NCBI GenBank assembly: GCA_964513235.1
Contig: CAZEMI010000266.1
Coordinates: 34,826-98,825, forward strand
DNA from: an uncultured Acidobacterium sp.
GTDB lineage: Bacteria; Acidobacteriota; Vicinamibacteria; Vicinamibacterales; UBA2999
Length of the DNA stretch: 64,000 nt
Reading direction: 5' to 3'
Part shown: in pieces, positions 27,601 to 35,798 of the stretch
How the letters are laid out: every line of letters begins with the position of its first letter
Numbering within the stretch: the stretch's first letter is position 1
Position numbers and translations under genes: made by a program
The notes under the pieces: model-generated
Told to the model about the DNA's origin: nothing
The model's database searches: none
The model's input: the letters and a program-made list of their open reading frames with translations, nothing else

Positions 27601-27820
27601 GGCGAAAGACGAGGTCGGCTGAGGACACCTCGGCCGTCACCGGACGCGAGCGATACTCACGGATTCGTGTTCGGTTCGCACGGCGTTGACCAACCAGATG
27701 TTGCCGGCGAATTTTCAGACGGTTTGGAAATTTGGCCACCAATGCCACTAAGCAGCAATGGTATTTAGAAAACGATCTCCGTGTCTTCGCGCCTCCGTGT
27801 GAGACGTCCGTGGAAGGGTG

Positions 27821-28387
27821 CTACGGCACGATTGCCCACATCAGCGTGATGCCGATCGAGATGCGCCAGAAGCCGAAATTGTCGGGCCGCCGCAAATCAG
27901 GATGATCGGCCGACGCGAAGAAGTAGCGCACGTCGCCACGCACGCCGGCGGTGTCGTTGAGCACCGCCAACACCCCGCCGCCGAAGTTGAGTCCGAGATC
28001 GTAGGTCGTCGCCGGGCGGTTGCACGGCGCGTCGCAGCCGTTGATCTGCAAGACGCCGGCGCCGGCGATGCCAAACGGGCGAAGTAATCCCTCAGGCCTG
28101 ATCCATGACGCGTTCACCATGTAAGTGGTGAGGTCGAGGATCTGGACGCCCGACGAGGCGTCCGAGGTGCGGCCGAAATCCAGCTCGGCGCCCCAGCCGT
28201 CCTGCTCCTGCACCGACACCGAGGCGCCCAGGGTGCCTCTCGCCTCCGATACGTCACCGCCGGCCGCCAGGCCGACATGCGGGGTGAACAGGCCGCGAAA
28301 CGAGCCCATGCTCCGGCTTTGCGCAAAACCATCGGATGAAGTCAGCGCGACGAGCACGAGGGCCGCGAGGCCGCAGTGGATTTTCAT
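27821..28387 (-). CDS. Small outer-membrane beta-barrel protein (OmpA-like barrel / porin family)
   Basis: Signal MKIHCGLAALVLVALTSSDGFAQ followed by an alternating hydrophobic beta-strand pattern with Gly/aromatic girdles. Confidence 0.55.
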   Translation of the reverse strand: MKIHCGLAALVLVALTSSDGFAQSRSMGSFRGLFTPHVGLAAGGDVSEARGTLGASVSVQEQDGWGAELDFGRTSDASSGVQILDLTTYMVNASWIRPEGLLRPFGIAGAGVLQINGCDAPCNRPATTYDLGLNFGGGVLAVLNDTAGVRGDVRYFFASADHPDLRRPDNFGFWRISIGITLMWAIVP

Positions 28388-28389
28388 GG

Positions 28390-28986
28390 TCAGCACGTGT
28401 CTCCGCCGGTAAAAAGCCGATGTCCTTCGGTCAGCAGCCAGCGGCGCGCGTCTTCATGCCACGGACACGCCGCCGCGACGTGCCGCCAGAATCGTTTCGA
28501 GTGGTTGAGCTCGCGGCGATGCATCAGCTCGTGCACCATCACGTATTCGCGCACGAAGCCGGGCACGAGGATCAGCCGCCAGTTCAAGGTGATCGCGCCG
28601 TGTGCCGAGCAGGCGCCCCAGCGTGACCGCTGATTGCGCACCGAGACGCGCGACACGGTGACGCCGTGGATGGCGGCACACGCCAGCAGCTCCGGCGGCA
28701 GTTCCGTCGCCGCCCGCCGCCGCAGCTCGGCCTCGTTCGGATGCACGACGGCCGGCCGCGCGCGCGCGCGCTGCCGCTGCTTGGCGATCCATGGCGCGCT
28801 CTTTTCGACAAACGCCTGCGCCTCGCGCTTCGATCCCCATCGTGGCAGCGTCACGCGCAGCGTCCCGTCGTCCAGGACACGCAGGATGTAACGGCGTGCA
28901 CGGCGATGGCGGACGAGCACGACCCGTCCCCCATCGCTCGAGAGATCGTCAGGGACGTGAGAGACGAGAGGCAGGGCGAGCTGCAT
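28390..28986 (-). CDS. YgjP-like (DUF45/M48-like) zinc metallopeptidase
   Basis: HELMHRRELNHSKRFW (HExxH + NHS..FW), characteristic of the family. Confidence 0.75.
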   Translation of the reverse strand: MQLALPLVSHVPDDLSSDGGRVVLVRHRRARRYILRVLDDGTLRVTLPRWGSKREAQAFVEKSAPWIAKQRQRARARPAVVHPNEAELRRRAATELPPELLACAAIHGVTVSRVSVRNQRSRWGACSAHGAITLNWRLILVPGFVREYVMVHELMHRRELNHSKRFWRHVAAACPWHEDARRWLLTEGHRLFTGGDTC

Positions 28987-29051
28987 GGAACGACACTACG
29001 ATAGCAGTCCGCCTTCGCTAAAGCTACGGCGGGACAGGTAAAGTAGCGTTC

Positions 29052-30557
29052 ATGGCCTCCGGGTTCGACGCGCTTGCCGACCTTGTCCGCGGCGCCACGT
29101 TCGACGACTTCCTCCTCCGACCGCAGCAGAGCGTGCTCGAGCGGCGCGACCCGTCGGTGATCGATCTGTCGTGCCGGTTCTCGACCAACATCACGCTGAA
29201 ACGGCCGCTGGTCTCGGCCAACATGGACACCGTCACCCGCGCGCCCATGGCCATCGTCCAGGCCGAGGAAGGCGGCCTCGGGATCATCGACCGCGGCTTC
29301 AGGAACGGCGACATCGAGCCGCAGGTGCGCGAGGTCGAGAAGGTCAAGCGGATGCAGCACGTGATCATCCGCGATCCGTACGCGGTGACGCCGCAGACTT
29401 CGCTGGCCGACGCGGTGGCGATGATGCGCCGCACCCGCGCCGGCACGCTCGTGGTGGTCGAGGGCCCGCGGCGGCTGAAGGGACTGCTCACCGAGCGCGA
29501 CGTGCGGTTTGTGAACACGCGCGAAGGCACGGTGGCCTCTCGGATGACGCCCGTCGAGGCGCTGGTCACGGGCCAGGGCGAGCTGACCCTCGACGTCGCC
29601 GAGCGCCTGATGGTGGAGCGCAAGGTCAAGAAGCTGCCGCTGGTGGACCCGCACGGCACGCTGATCGGCTTGATCACCGCCAAGGACATCACGCGCCAGG
29701 AGCGGCTGCCCTTTTCCACGCGCGACACGCACGGGCGGCTGCGCGTCGGCGCCGCGATTGGCGCGACCGGCGATTATCTCGAGCGCGCCGCGGAGCTGGT
29801 GAACTCGCAGGTCGATGTGATCGTGATCGATATCGCCCACGGCCATTCGGTGGTGATGGCGAAGGCGATCGACGCGTTCCGGAAGGTTTTTCCCGACGTC
29901 GAGCTCGTGGCCGGCAACGTCGCCACCGCCGAGGGCGTGCGGTTTCTCGTCGAGCGCGGGGTCAACGCCGTGAAGATCGGCATTGGTCCCGGCGGCGGCT
30001 GCACCACGCGCCTGACCACGAGTTTCGGTGTGCCGCAGCTGCAGGCGCTGTGGGAATGCAGCGTCGCCGCTCACCGTCACCACCCGGTGCCGTTGATCGC
30101 CGACGGCGGCATCAAGCGTCACGGCGCCATCCTCGAGGCGCTGCTGTTCGGCGGCGACACGGTCATGCTCGGCAGCATGTTTGCCGGCACGGAAGAAACG
30201 CCGGGCGACGTCGTGCAGAAATCGGTGGTGCTTCCGGATCAGCAGCGCTCGGTGAAGGTCCCGTTCAAAGTGCTGCGCGGCATGGCGTCGATCCAGGCGA
30301 TCCGCGATCGACTCGACGTCGAAGACGACGAGGTGGTCGACCTGGAAGCCCTCGGCGCCGAGGGGACCGAGGTCAGCGTGCCCGCGCGCGGATCGGTGCG
30401 GCCGATCATTCACGACATCCTCAAGCACCTGTGCTCGTCGATCAGCTACGGCGGCGCCAGAAGCCTCGCGGAGCTGCGGACGATGTTCCGCGAGGATCCG
30501 ATGCGGTATCTGGTGAAGCTGTCGTCGGCGGCGAAACGCGAGAGCTACGAGCGGTAA
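29052..30557 (+). CDS. guaB: IMP dehydrogenase (with CBS pair)
   Basis: [12 protein letters not shown]...[12 protein letters not shown], a CBS-like insert, and the catalytic Cys loop [12 protein letters not shown]. The loop and C-terminus are somewhat divergent. Confidence 0.75.
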   Translation: MASGFDALADLVRGATFDDFLLRPQQSVLERRDPSVIDLSCRFSTNITLKRPLVSANMDTVTRAPMAIVQAEEGGLGIIDRGFRNGDIEPQVREVEKVKRMQHVIIRDPYAVTPQTSLADAVAMMRRTRAGTLVVVEGPRRLKGLLTERDVRFVNTREGTVASRMTPVEALVTGQGELTLDVAERLMVERKVKKLPLVDPHGTLIGLITAKDITRQERLPFSTRDTHGRLRVGAAIGATGDYLERAAELVNSQVDVIVIDIAHGHSVVMAKAIDAFRKVFPDVELVAGNVATAEGVRFLVERGVNAVKIGIGPGGGCTTRLTTSFGVPQLQALWECSVAAHRHHPVPLIADGGIKRHGAILEALLFGGDTVMLGSMFAGTEETPGDVVQKSVVLPDQQRSVKVPFKVLRGMASIQAIRDRLDVEDDEVVDLEALGAEGTEVSVPARGSVRPIIHDILKHLCSSISYGGARSLAELRTMFREDPMRYLVKLSSAAKRESYER

Positions 30558-30587
30558 GGGCTCCGTCTATCCGCTTGAAGGCGGACT

Positions 30588-31223
30588 TCACCTGCGAGAC
30601 CAGCCGACCAGCACGACGTGACTGTTGACGCCGGGATTCGAGCCGAGCTGGTTGCCGTTCGACAGGTGCTGAAAGCGATAGGCGACGACCACGGAGTGCG
30701 GGCCGCGCGGCCGCAGGCGAACGCCGGCGCCCCAATGCGCCGTGAAATTACCGCGGCTGGTCTTTTCGGGGATCGGTTCGGTCGACCACATCCCGCCCAT
30801 CGCCAGCTCGCCGAACGCCGACCACCGCGGTTGCGGCCGGAAGTTCCATCGCCACACGACCGGCGCCAGCCCGATCCCGTAGATCGATGCCGGCGAGAAT
30901 TGCGCGAAGATCGGCATGGCCTCGACGGCCCACACGAATCGACCGCGCAGCGCCCCCCGCCCCCACTCACGCGTCAGCTCACGGCCCCAGCTGATGGTCT
31001 GCACGGCGTAGGAGCGACCGGCCGTTGACTGGAACAAGTTCACACTCCGCGCCACGCCGACTGAAACGTGCCATTCAGACGAGAGTTCGACAGGTTCGAC
31101 AGGTGCGACTGGTTCGACCGGCTGCTCCGGTTCGACGGGTGCGTTCATTGCGCATTGCGCTTCGATGCAGGTGGCCACCGGTCCGGCGGCCACCTGCGCC
31201 ACCATGAGCATCACAAACAGCAT
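30588..31223 (-). CDS. Acyloxyacyl hydrolase / lipid A deacylase (PagL)-like outer-membrane protein
   Basis: Signal-like N-terminus. The C-terminal RFQHLSNGNQLGSNPGVNSHVVLVGWS resembles the His-Ser catalytic block of PagL-type barrels. An in-frame 9-bp repeat encodes (PVE)n after the signal. Confidence 0.6.
   Translation of the reverse strand: MLFVMLMVAQVAAGPVATCIEAQCAMNAPVEPEQPVEPVAPVEPVELSSEWHVSVGVARSVNLFQSTAGRSYAVQTISWGRELTREWGRGALRGRFVWAVEAMPIFAQFSPASIYGIGLAPVVWRWNFRPQPRWSAFGELAMGGMWSTEPIPEKTSRGNFTAHWGAGVRLRPRGPHSVVVAYRFQHLSNGNQLGSNPGVNSHVVLVGWSRR
31085..31138. repeat. About 6 x 9-bp degenerate repeat GTTCGAC(A/C)G, in frame in the PagL-like CDS
   Basis: On the minus strand it encodes PVEPEQPVEPVAPVEPVEL, just after the signal peptide. 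Confidence 0.8.
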
Positions 31224-31226
31224 CGA

Positions 31227-31451
31227 TCAGTCGCCAGCTACCCGCTCGGCGAACGTGATGATGTGCCCGTCGGGATCGGTAATCGCAAACTCGCGCATGC
31301 CGTAGAACTGCTCAGGGAATCGACGATTCAAAATCGACCGATTTGGCGTTTTAATCGGACGATTGGCAATTGGCGATTGACAATTGATCGGTCGATTGAC
31401 AAATCGACGATCGCCAATTTCGCCTGACATTTTATCTGATATGGTCACCAC
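31227..31451 (-). pseudogene. Relic of a VOC/glyoxalase-family gene (only the last ~30 codons are recognisable)
   Basis: Only the C-terminal FPEQFYGMREFAITDPDGHIITFAE looks like a VOC beta-alpha-beta-beta-beta module end. The rest of the ORF is translated caat/attg word repeat. There is no room for a full N-terminus before the opposing gene at 31452. Confidence 0.4.
31318..31440. repeat. AT-richer caat/attg word-repeat element
   Basis: CGATTGGCAATTGGCGATTGACAATTGATCGGTCGATTGACAAATCGACGATCGCCAATT. It occupies most of the VOC relic ORF. Confidence 0.75.
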
Positions 31452-31688
31452 ATGGCCCGGGGGTTCGAGAGTAAGTCGGTGGAGTCTCAGCAGGAAGAAG
31501 CCCAGCGCACCAAGACCGTCCGCCCGGAGCTGACCCCTGAGGAGAAAGAACGTGAAACCAAGCGGGCCGGGTTAAAACTGGCCCTGGCGCAGACGCAATC
31601 CGAGATAGGTGCGGCCTGCCGGCCGGCTCATCGTGAAATGCTCAAGCTGCGGCTGGACGCTATTCGCGCCCAAATCGAGGGCTTGTGA
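31452..31688 (+). CDS. Small charged hypothetical protein (coiled-coil-like)
   Basis: 78-aa ORF with GC3-rich codon usage and no recognised family. Confidence 0.4.
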   Translation: MARGFESKSVESQQEEAQRTKTVRPELTPEEKERETKRAGLKLALAQTQSEIGAACRPAHREMLKLRLDAIRAQIEGL

Positions 31689-31789
31689 CGGTTTGACGGA
31701 TTTGCTAAGCTTTTGCCCAAAGCGTTTACCCACCCACCAACCGCAACAGTTCACCTTATTGCTTTAGCCGCCACCCGTTAGAGCGCACC

Positions 31790-32479
31790 GTGCCACCAGT
31801 CAGATTGTTCGTGGGCAATTTGCCCTATCAAGCAACCGAAGACGATTTGCGTACTCACTTTTCGCAAGTCGGTCAGCCGACGCAGATCGTCCGTCCGCTC
31901 GATCGCGAAACCGGCCGTGCCCGGGGCTTTGCGTTCGTGGAATATGCGGAACGCACCGTCGCGGAAGACGCCATCAAGAAATTCGACGGCCAGTTGTTCA
32001 TGGGCCGCCCGCTCGCCGTGAGCGAAGCGCGCGCGCGTGAAGATCGCGGGCCGGGTGGTCCGCCACGGCCCGGCGGGTTCGCGCCGAGGCCCGGAGGCTT
32101 CGGCGGCGGCGGTGGTGGCTTCAGCGGCGGTGGCGGCGGGTACTCCGGCGGGGGTGGCGGCTTCGGCGGCCCGCGTTCCGGTGGTGGCGGCGGCTTCGGC
32201 GGTCCGCCGGGCGCCGGCGGCGTGCGCCAGCGCGACTTCGGTCCTCCGGCGCCGCCGAAAGACAAGAAGAAGCCGTTTCAGAAGAAGGAAGACAAGCCGC
32301 GCGGCCCCATCCCGACGAAGTTCTCGGGCCGCATGTACGACCTGGATGGCACCGAGGAAGATGATGCCATCGACATCACGCCCGACTTCATGAAGCACGA
32401 CGATCCGGAAGTGGATGCGCCCGAGGCCGCGGCCGATCCCGGAGCCGACGACCAGGACACCGAAAAGGACAAGGACTAG
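31790..32479 (+). CDS. RRM-type RNA-binding protein with Gly-rich linker and acidic tail
   Basis: RNP-2 (LFVGNL) and RNP-1 (RGFAFVEY) motifs, a GGGGF/GGGGY tract, then a Lys-rich and an Asp/Glu-rich C-terminus. GTG start. Confidence 0.8.
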   Translation: MPPVRLFVGNLPYQATEDDLRTHFSQVGQPTQIVRPLDRETGRARGFAFVEYAERTVAEDAIKKFDGQLFMGRPLAVSEARAREDRGPGGPPRPGGFAPRPGGFGGGGGGFSGGGGGYSGGGGGFGGPRSGGGGGFGGPPGAGGVRQRDFGPPAPPKDKKKPFQKKEDKPRGPIPTKFSGRMYDLDGTEEDDAIDITPDFMKHDDPEVDAPEAAADPGADDQDTEKDKD

Positions 32480-32486
32480 CGCACCC

Positions 32487-33047
32487 GTGAAACGTGAAGA
32501 CGTCATCCTCTTCAGCGGCGGCGCGCAAGGTGCGGAAGCGGAGTTCGGCGCCTGCGCCGAGCGCTTCGGCGTCGAGGAAGTCAACTTCTCCTTCGAGGGC
32601 CACAAGCCGTCACGCACGCGCGGCCTGCGCGTGCTCAATCACGAAGAGCTCTACGCCGGCGACATCAGCCTCGCCTACGTCTCGCGCTTGATGAACCGGC
32701 GGTTTCCCGACACGCTGACGTTCCGCAAGATCCTGCAGAGCATCTGGTATCAGATCAACAACGGCCAGGAAATCTACGTGATCGGCGTGATCCAGCCGGA
32801 TCTCACCGTCCGCGGCGGCACGGGCTGGGGCGCGGAGTTCGCCAAGCTCTGCAACAAGCCGTTGTTCGTCTTCGACCAGGAGAAGACCCGCTGGTTCGCA
32901 TGGGACGGCGAGGCGGCGAAGTGGACCGCGCTCAGCAGCAGCGACGAGCCGGTCATTCAGCACGCGCACTTCACCGGCACGGGCACGCGCCTGCTGAACC
33001 CCGCCGGCCAGAAGGCCATCACGGCCCTCTTTACGCGCTCCTTCTAA
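32487..33047 (+). CDS. Hypothetical Rossmann-like (SLOG/DprA/YpsA-like) protein
   Basis: GTG at 32487. ILFSGGAQGAEAEFG and a later RGGTGWGAEFAKLCNKPLFVF resemble the SGGA.G.D ... GGT ... KP motifs of the SLOG superfamily. This is a weak call from motifs only. Confidence 0.45.
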   Translation: MKREDVILFSGGAQGAEAEFGACAERFGVEEVNFSFEGHKPSRTRGLRVLNHEELYAGDISLAYVSRLMNRRFPDTLTFRKILQSIWYQINNGQEIYVIGVIQPDLTVRGGTGWGAEFAKLCNKPLFVFDQEKTRWFAWDGEAAKWTALSSSDEPVIQHAHFTGTGTRLLNPAGQKAITALFTRSF

Positions 33048-33089
33048 TCCCGTTCGTTTTGACGCGTCCCCGTCCCGTTCGCGGACAAT

Positions 33090-33123
33090 TGTAAAGGGGC
33101 CTGGCACCTTTACATGGGTTTTT
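33090..33123 (+). terminator. Stem-loop plus T-run after the SLOG-like gene
   Basis: TGTAAAGG-9 nt-CCTTTACA, then TGGGTTTTT. Confidence 0.45.
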
Positions 33124-33174
33124 GCCGCAATTTCTGCAGTCAGCGTGGCAAGGAGATTGCTGAATTCGCCACCC

Positions 33175-35619
33175 ATGGCCACTTTCTGCCGCGACCTCGC
33201 TTACGCGCTTCGGATTGCGGTGCGGAGGCCCGCGCTGACGGTCGTCACCATCCTGACCCTGGCGGTCGGCATCGGCGGCAACAGCGCCATCTTCACGTTG
33301 GTCAACGGATTGTTCCTCCGGCCCCTCCCGGTCGAGCGGCCCGGCGAAGTGGTGCGGGTATTCGGCACACGCGGCGGCGCCGGTGGGTTCGACGTCTCGT
33401 CGTACGCGAACCTCTCCGACATCGGCACGCGGTCGCAGACGCTCGCGGCGCTCGCGATCCACCAGCAGACGGAATCGGCGTACGGTCTGGGCGACGCGGC
33501 CGAGACCGCCGATGTGGAACTGGTCAGCGGCAACTACTTTTCCATGCTCGGCGTCGGCGCCGCGACGGGACGTGTGCTCACGCCGGCGGATGAGGTCGAA
33601 GGCAAGCCCGAGTTGGTGGCGGTGGTCAGCGACGCGTGGTGGCGCACGCGACTCGGCGCGCGTCCCAACGCCGTCGGCTCGTCGATCTACCTGAACGGCA
33701 CCGTCTTTACCGTCGTCGGCGTGGCGCCACGCCCGTTCCGCGGCAGCTACGATGCGCTCGGCACCGACGTGTGGGTGCCGTTGATGACCTACGACATCGT
33801 GCGGCCCCGCGGCCTGGCGATCACCACGCGGGGATGGGGATGGCTCAGCGCTACCGCGCGGCTCAAGCCTGGTGTGACGATCGAGCAGGCGCAGGCGGAT
33901 GTCGATCGCGTGGCGGCGTCAATCCGCGCCGACTTCCCCAACGACAACAGTGCCTTCCGGATTGTGCCGGCCTCGACGATGCCGGAGGACATGACGGGCA
34001 CCGTGCAGCGCGTGCTGCTGTTCGCGTTGATCGTGGCGGCGCTGGCCCTGGCCGCGGCGTGCGCGAACGTGGCCAATGCGCAACTGGCCACCGTGTTCGA
34101 TCGCCGGCGCGAAATTGCCGTGCGCGTTGCCATGGGCGCATCGCGCGGACGGATCATCCGCCAGTGGTTGACCGAAAGCCTGCTGGTGGCGGCGGCCGCC
34201 GCGGTCGTGGGAACGCTCGGCGCCATGTGGCTGCAAGACTTGGTGGGCACGGTCGGCACGCCGGTCGGCCTCGAGAACTTTGCCCCAGCGATGGAGTTCG
34301 ACGTGCGCCTCGTGTTGTTCTCGACGATCCTGATCGTCGCGGTCACGATGCTGTTTGGCGCCATGCCGGCGGTGCGCGCGTCGCGCATCGACGTGGTGGT
34401 GCCGCTCAAGGAAGAAGCCAATGCCGCAACCGGCGGCTCCCGCCTGGCGTGGGCGCAAGCGGTGCTGGTGTCGGCGCAAGTCGCCGTGTCGGTGGCGCTC
34501 CTGGTCTCGAGCGCGATGTTGATGCGCAGCCTGACGGCGTCGCGCGCCTTCGACGTCGGCTTCGACACCACCAACCTGTTCATTGCCTCGCCGAGCATGG
34601 CGAACCTGCGCCTCGACGCGGAACGCGGCCGCGCCTACTACCAGGAGACGCTGTCGCGGGTGCGCGCGCTGCCCGGTGTAAAGGAGGTCACACTCGGCGC
34701 GGTGGTGCCGCTCGGCTTCGGTAGTGAATCCCGCGGCGTCAGCATCGACGGCTACACGCCGCCCGACGGGGCCGCGCGTGTGTCGATCGCGAATAACATC
34801 GTGGCGCCCAATTACTTCAGCGTGATGAAGATAGCGATCCGGCGCGGGCGCGGTTTCACGGAGAACGACGGCGACGCCGGCGCGCCGACCGTGGCCGTGG
34901 TCAACGAGACGATGGCGAAACGGTTCTGGCCGGATCGCGATCCGATCGGCCGGACGCTGATATTTCCCGGCAACGTGCCTCCGGTCGAGATTGTCGGTGT
35001 GGTTGCCGACATCACCTACCGCACGCCGGGGGAACAGCCGCGGCCGTTCTTTTATCTCCCGTTCGGGCCAGTGTATTTCGCCGACGGCCTGTCGTTTCAT
35101 CTCCGCACCGATCCCGGCAACGCCGGGCTCGCGCGTGCCGTGGGCCGCGAGCTGCGCGCCTTCGATCCGCGCATCCAGGTGCGGACGGCGCTGCCCTACG
35201 AGGAGCTGCGCCAGCTCGCCCTGTATCCCAGCCGCGCGCTGGCACTGGCCAGCACCGGGTTCGGGGCGATTGCGCTGATGCTGGCCGTGGTCGGCATCTA
35301 CGGCGTGATGACGCACGTGGTCACGTCGCGGCGGCGCGAGCTTGCGGTGCGGCTCGCGCTCGGGGCGCATCCTGGCGCGCTGGTTTCGAGCATTCTTCGG
35401 CAGGGACTGCGATGGAGCGGGATTGGCATTGCCGCCGGGGCGGTGCTGGCCGTCGGCATGGCGCAGTTGCTCGAATCATTCTTGTTCGGTGTCTCGACGT
35501 CGGACGCGTTGTCGATCGTCGGGACGGTGATGGTCCTCGTGATTGCATCGGTTGCCGCCTCGTACGTGCCCGCTCGCCGCGTCGTCAAGATCGATCCGGC
35601 TGCCACGCTGCGGAGCTGA
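33175..35619 (+). CDS. ADOP family duplicated permease (second copy, no adjacent PadR)
   Basis: ATG at 33175 (MATFCRDLAYALRIAVRRPALTVV...). Two MacB-like periplasmic plus FtsX 4-TM modules. Confidence 0.8.
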   Translation: MATFCRDLAYALRIAVRRPALTVVTILTLAVGIGGNSAIFTLVNGLFLRPLPVERPGEVVRVFGTRGGAGGFDVSSYANLSDIGTRSQTLAALAIHQQTESAYGLGDAAETADVELVSGNYFSMLGVGAATGRVLTPADEVEGKPELVAVVSDAWWRTRLGARPNAVGSSIYLNGTVFTVVGVAPRPFRGSYDALGTDVWVPLMTYDIVRPRGLAITTRGWGWLSATARLKPGVTIEQAQADVDRVAASIRADFPNDNSAFRIVPASTMPEDMTGTVQRVLLFALIVAALALAAACANVANAQLATVFDRRREIAVRVAMGASRGRIIRQWLTESLLVAAAAAVVGTLGAMWLQDLVGTVGTPVGLENFAPAMEFDVRLVLFSTILIVAVTMLFGAMPAVRASRIDVVVPLKEEANAATGGSRLAWAQAVLVSAQVAVSVALLVSSAMLMRSLTASRAFDVGFDTTNLFIASPSMANLRLDAERGRAYYQETLSRVRALPGVKEVTLGAVVPLGFGSESRGVSIDGYTPPDGAARVSIANNIVAPNYFSVMKIAIRRGRGFTENDGDAGAPTVAVVNETMAKRFWPDRDPIGRTLIFPGNVPPVEIVGVVADITYRTPGEQPRPFFYLPFGPVYFADGLSFHLRTDPGNAGLARAVGRELRAFDPRIQVRTALPYEELRQLALYPSRALALASTGFGAIALMLAVVGIYGVMTHVVTSRRRELAVRLALGAHPGALVSSILRQGLRWSGIGIAAGAVLAVGMAQLLESFLFGVSTSDALSIVGTVMVLVIASVAASYVPARRVVKIDPAATLRS

Positions 35620-35623
35620 GGGT

Positions 35624-35777
35624 CCAAGCCCCAAACCCCAAGCCCCAAACCCCAAGCCCCAAGTCCCAAGTCCCAAGTCCCAAGTCCCAAGTCCCAAGCC
35701 CCAAGTCCCAAGCCCCAAGTCCCAAGTCCCAAGCCCCAAGTCCCAAGTCCCAAGCCCCAAGTCCCAAGTCCCAAGTC
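35624..35777. repeat. 22 tandem heptamers CCAAG(T/C)C (two CCAAACC variants)
   Basis: Counted unit by unit. The array begins 5 nt after the ADOP-2 stop and ends 21 nt before the NCS2 permease ATG. The 3' half shows a 21-bp T-T-C superperiod. Confidence 0.95.
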
Positions 35778-35798
35778 CCCACGATATGATGCCCGCGC

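Noticed and set aside
27541-27768. 75-aa plus-strand ORF in the gene-free region
   Set aside because: Codon usage is atypical (low GC3), there is no ribosome-binding site and no motifs. The region is better explained as a structured non-coding leader.
35624-35777. Possible CRISPR array (also considered for 26789-26910)
   Set aside because: The units are 7-9 nt and directly abutting, with no unique spacers, and there are no cas genes in the window.
35412-35789. Proline-rich (PKSQVPS)n proteins predicted across the heptamer array in several frames and on both strands
   Set aside because: They exist in every frame only because a 7-nt unit gives a 21-nt periodicity. No start context or flanking domain supports a coding role.
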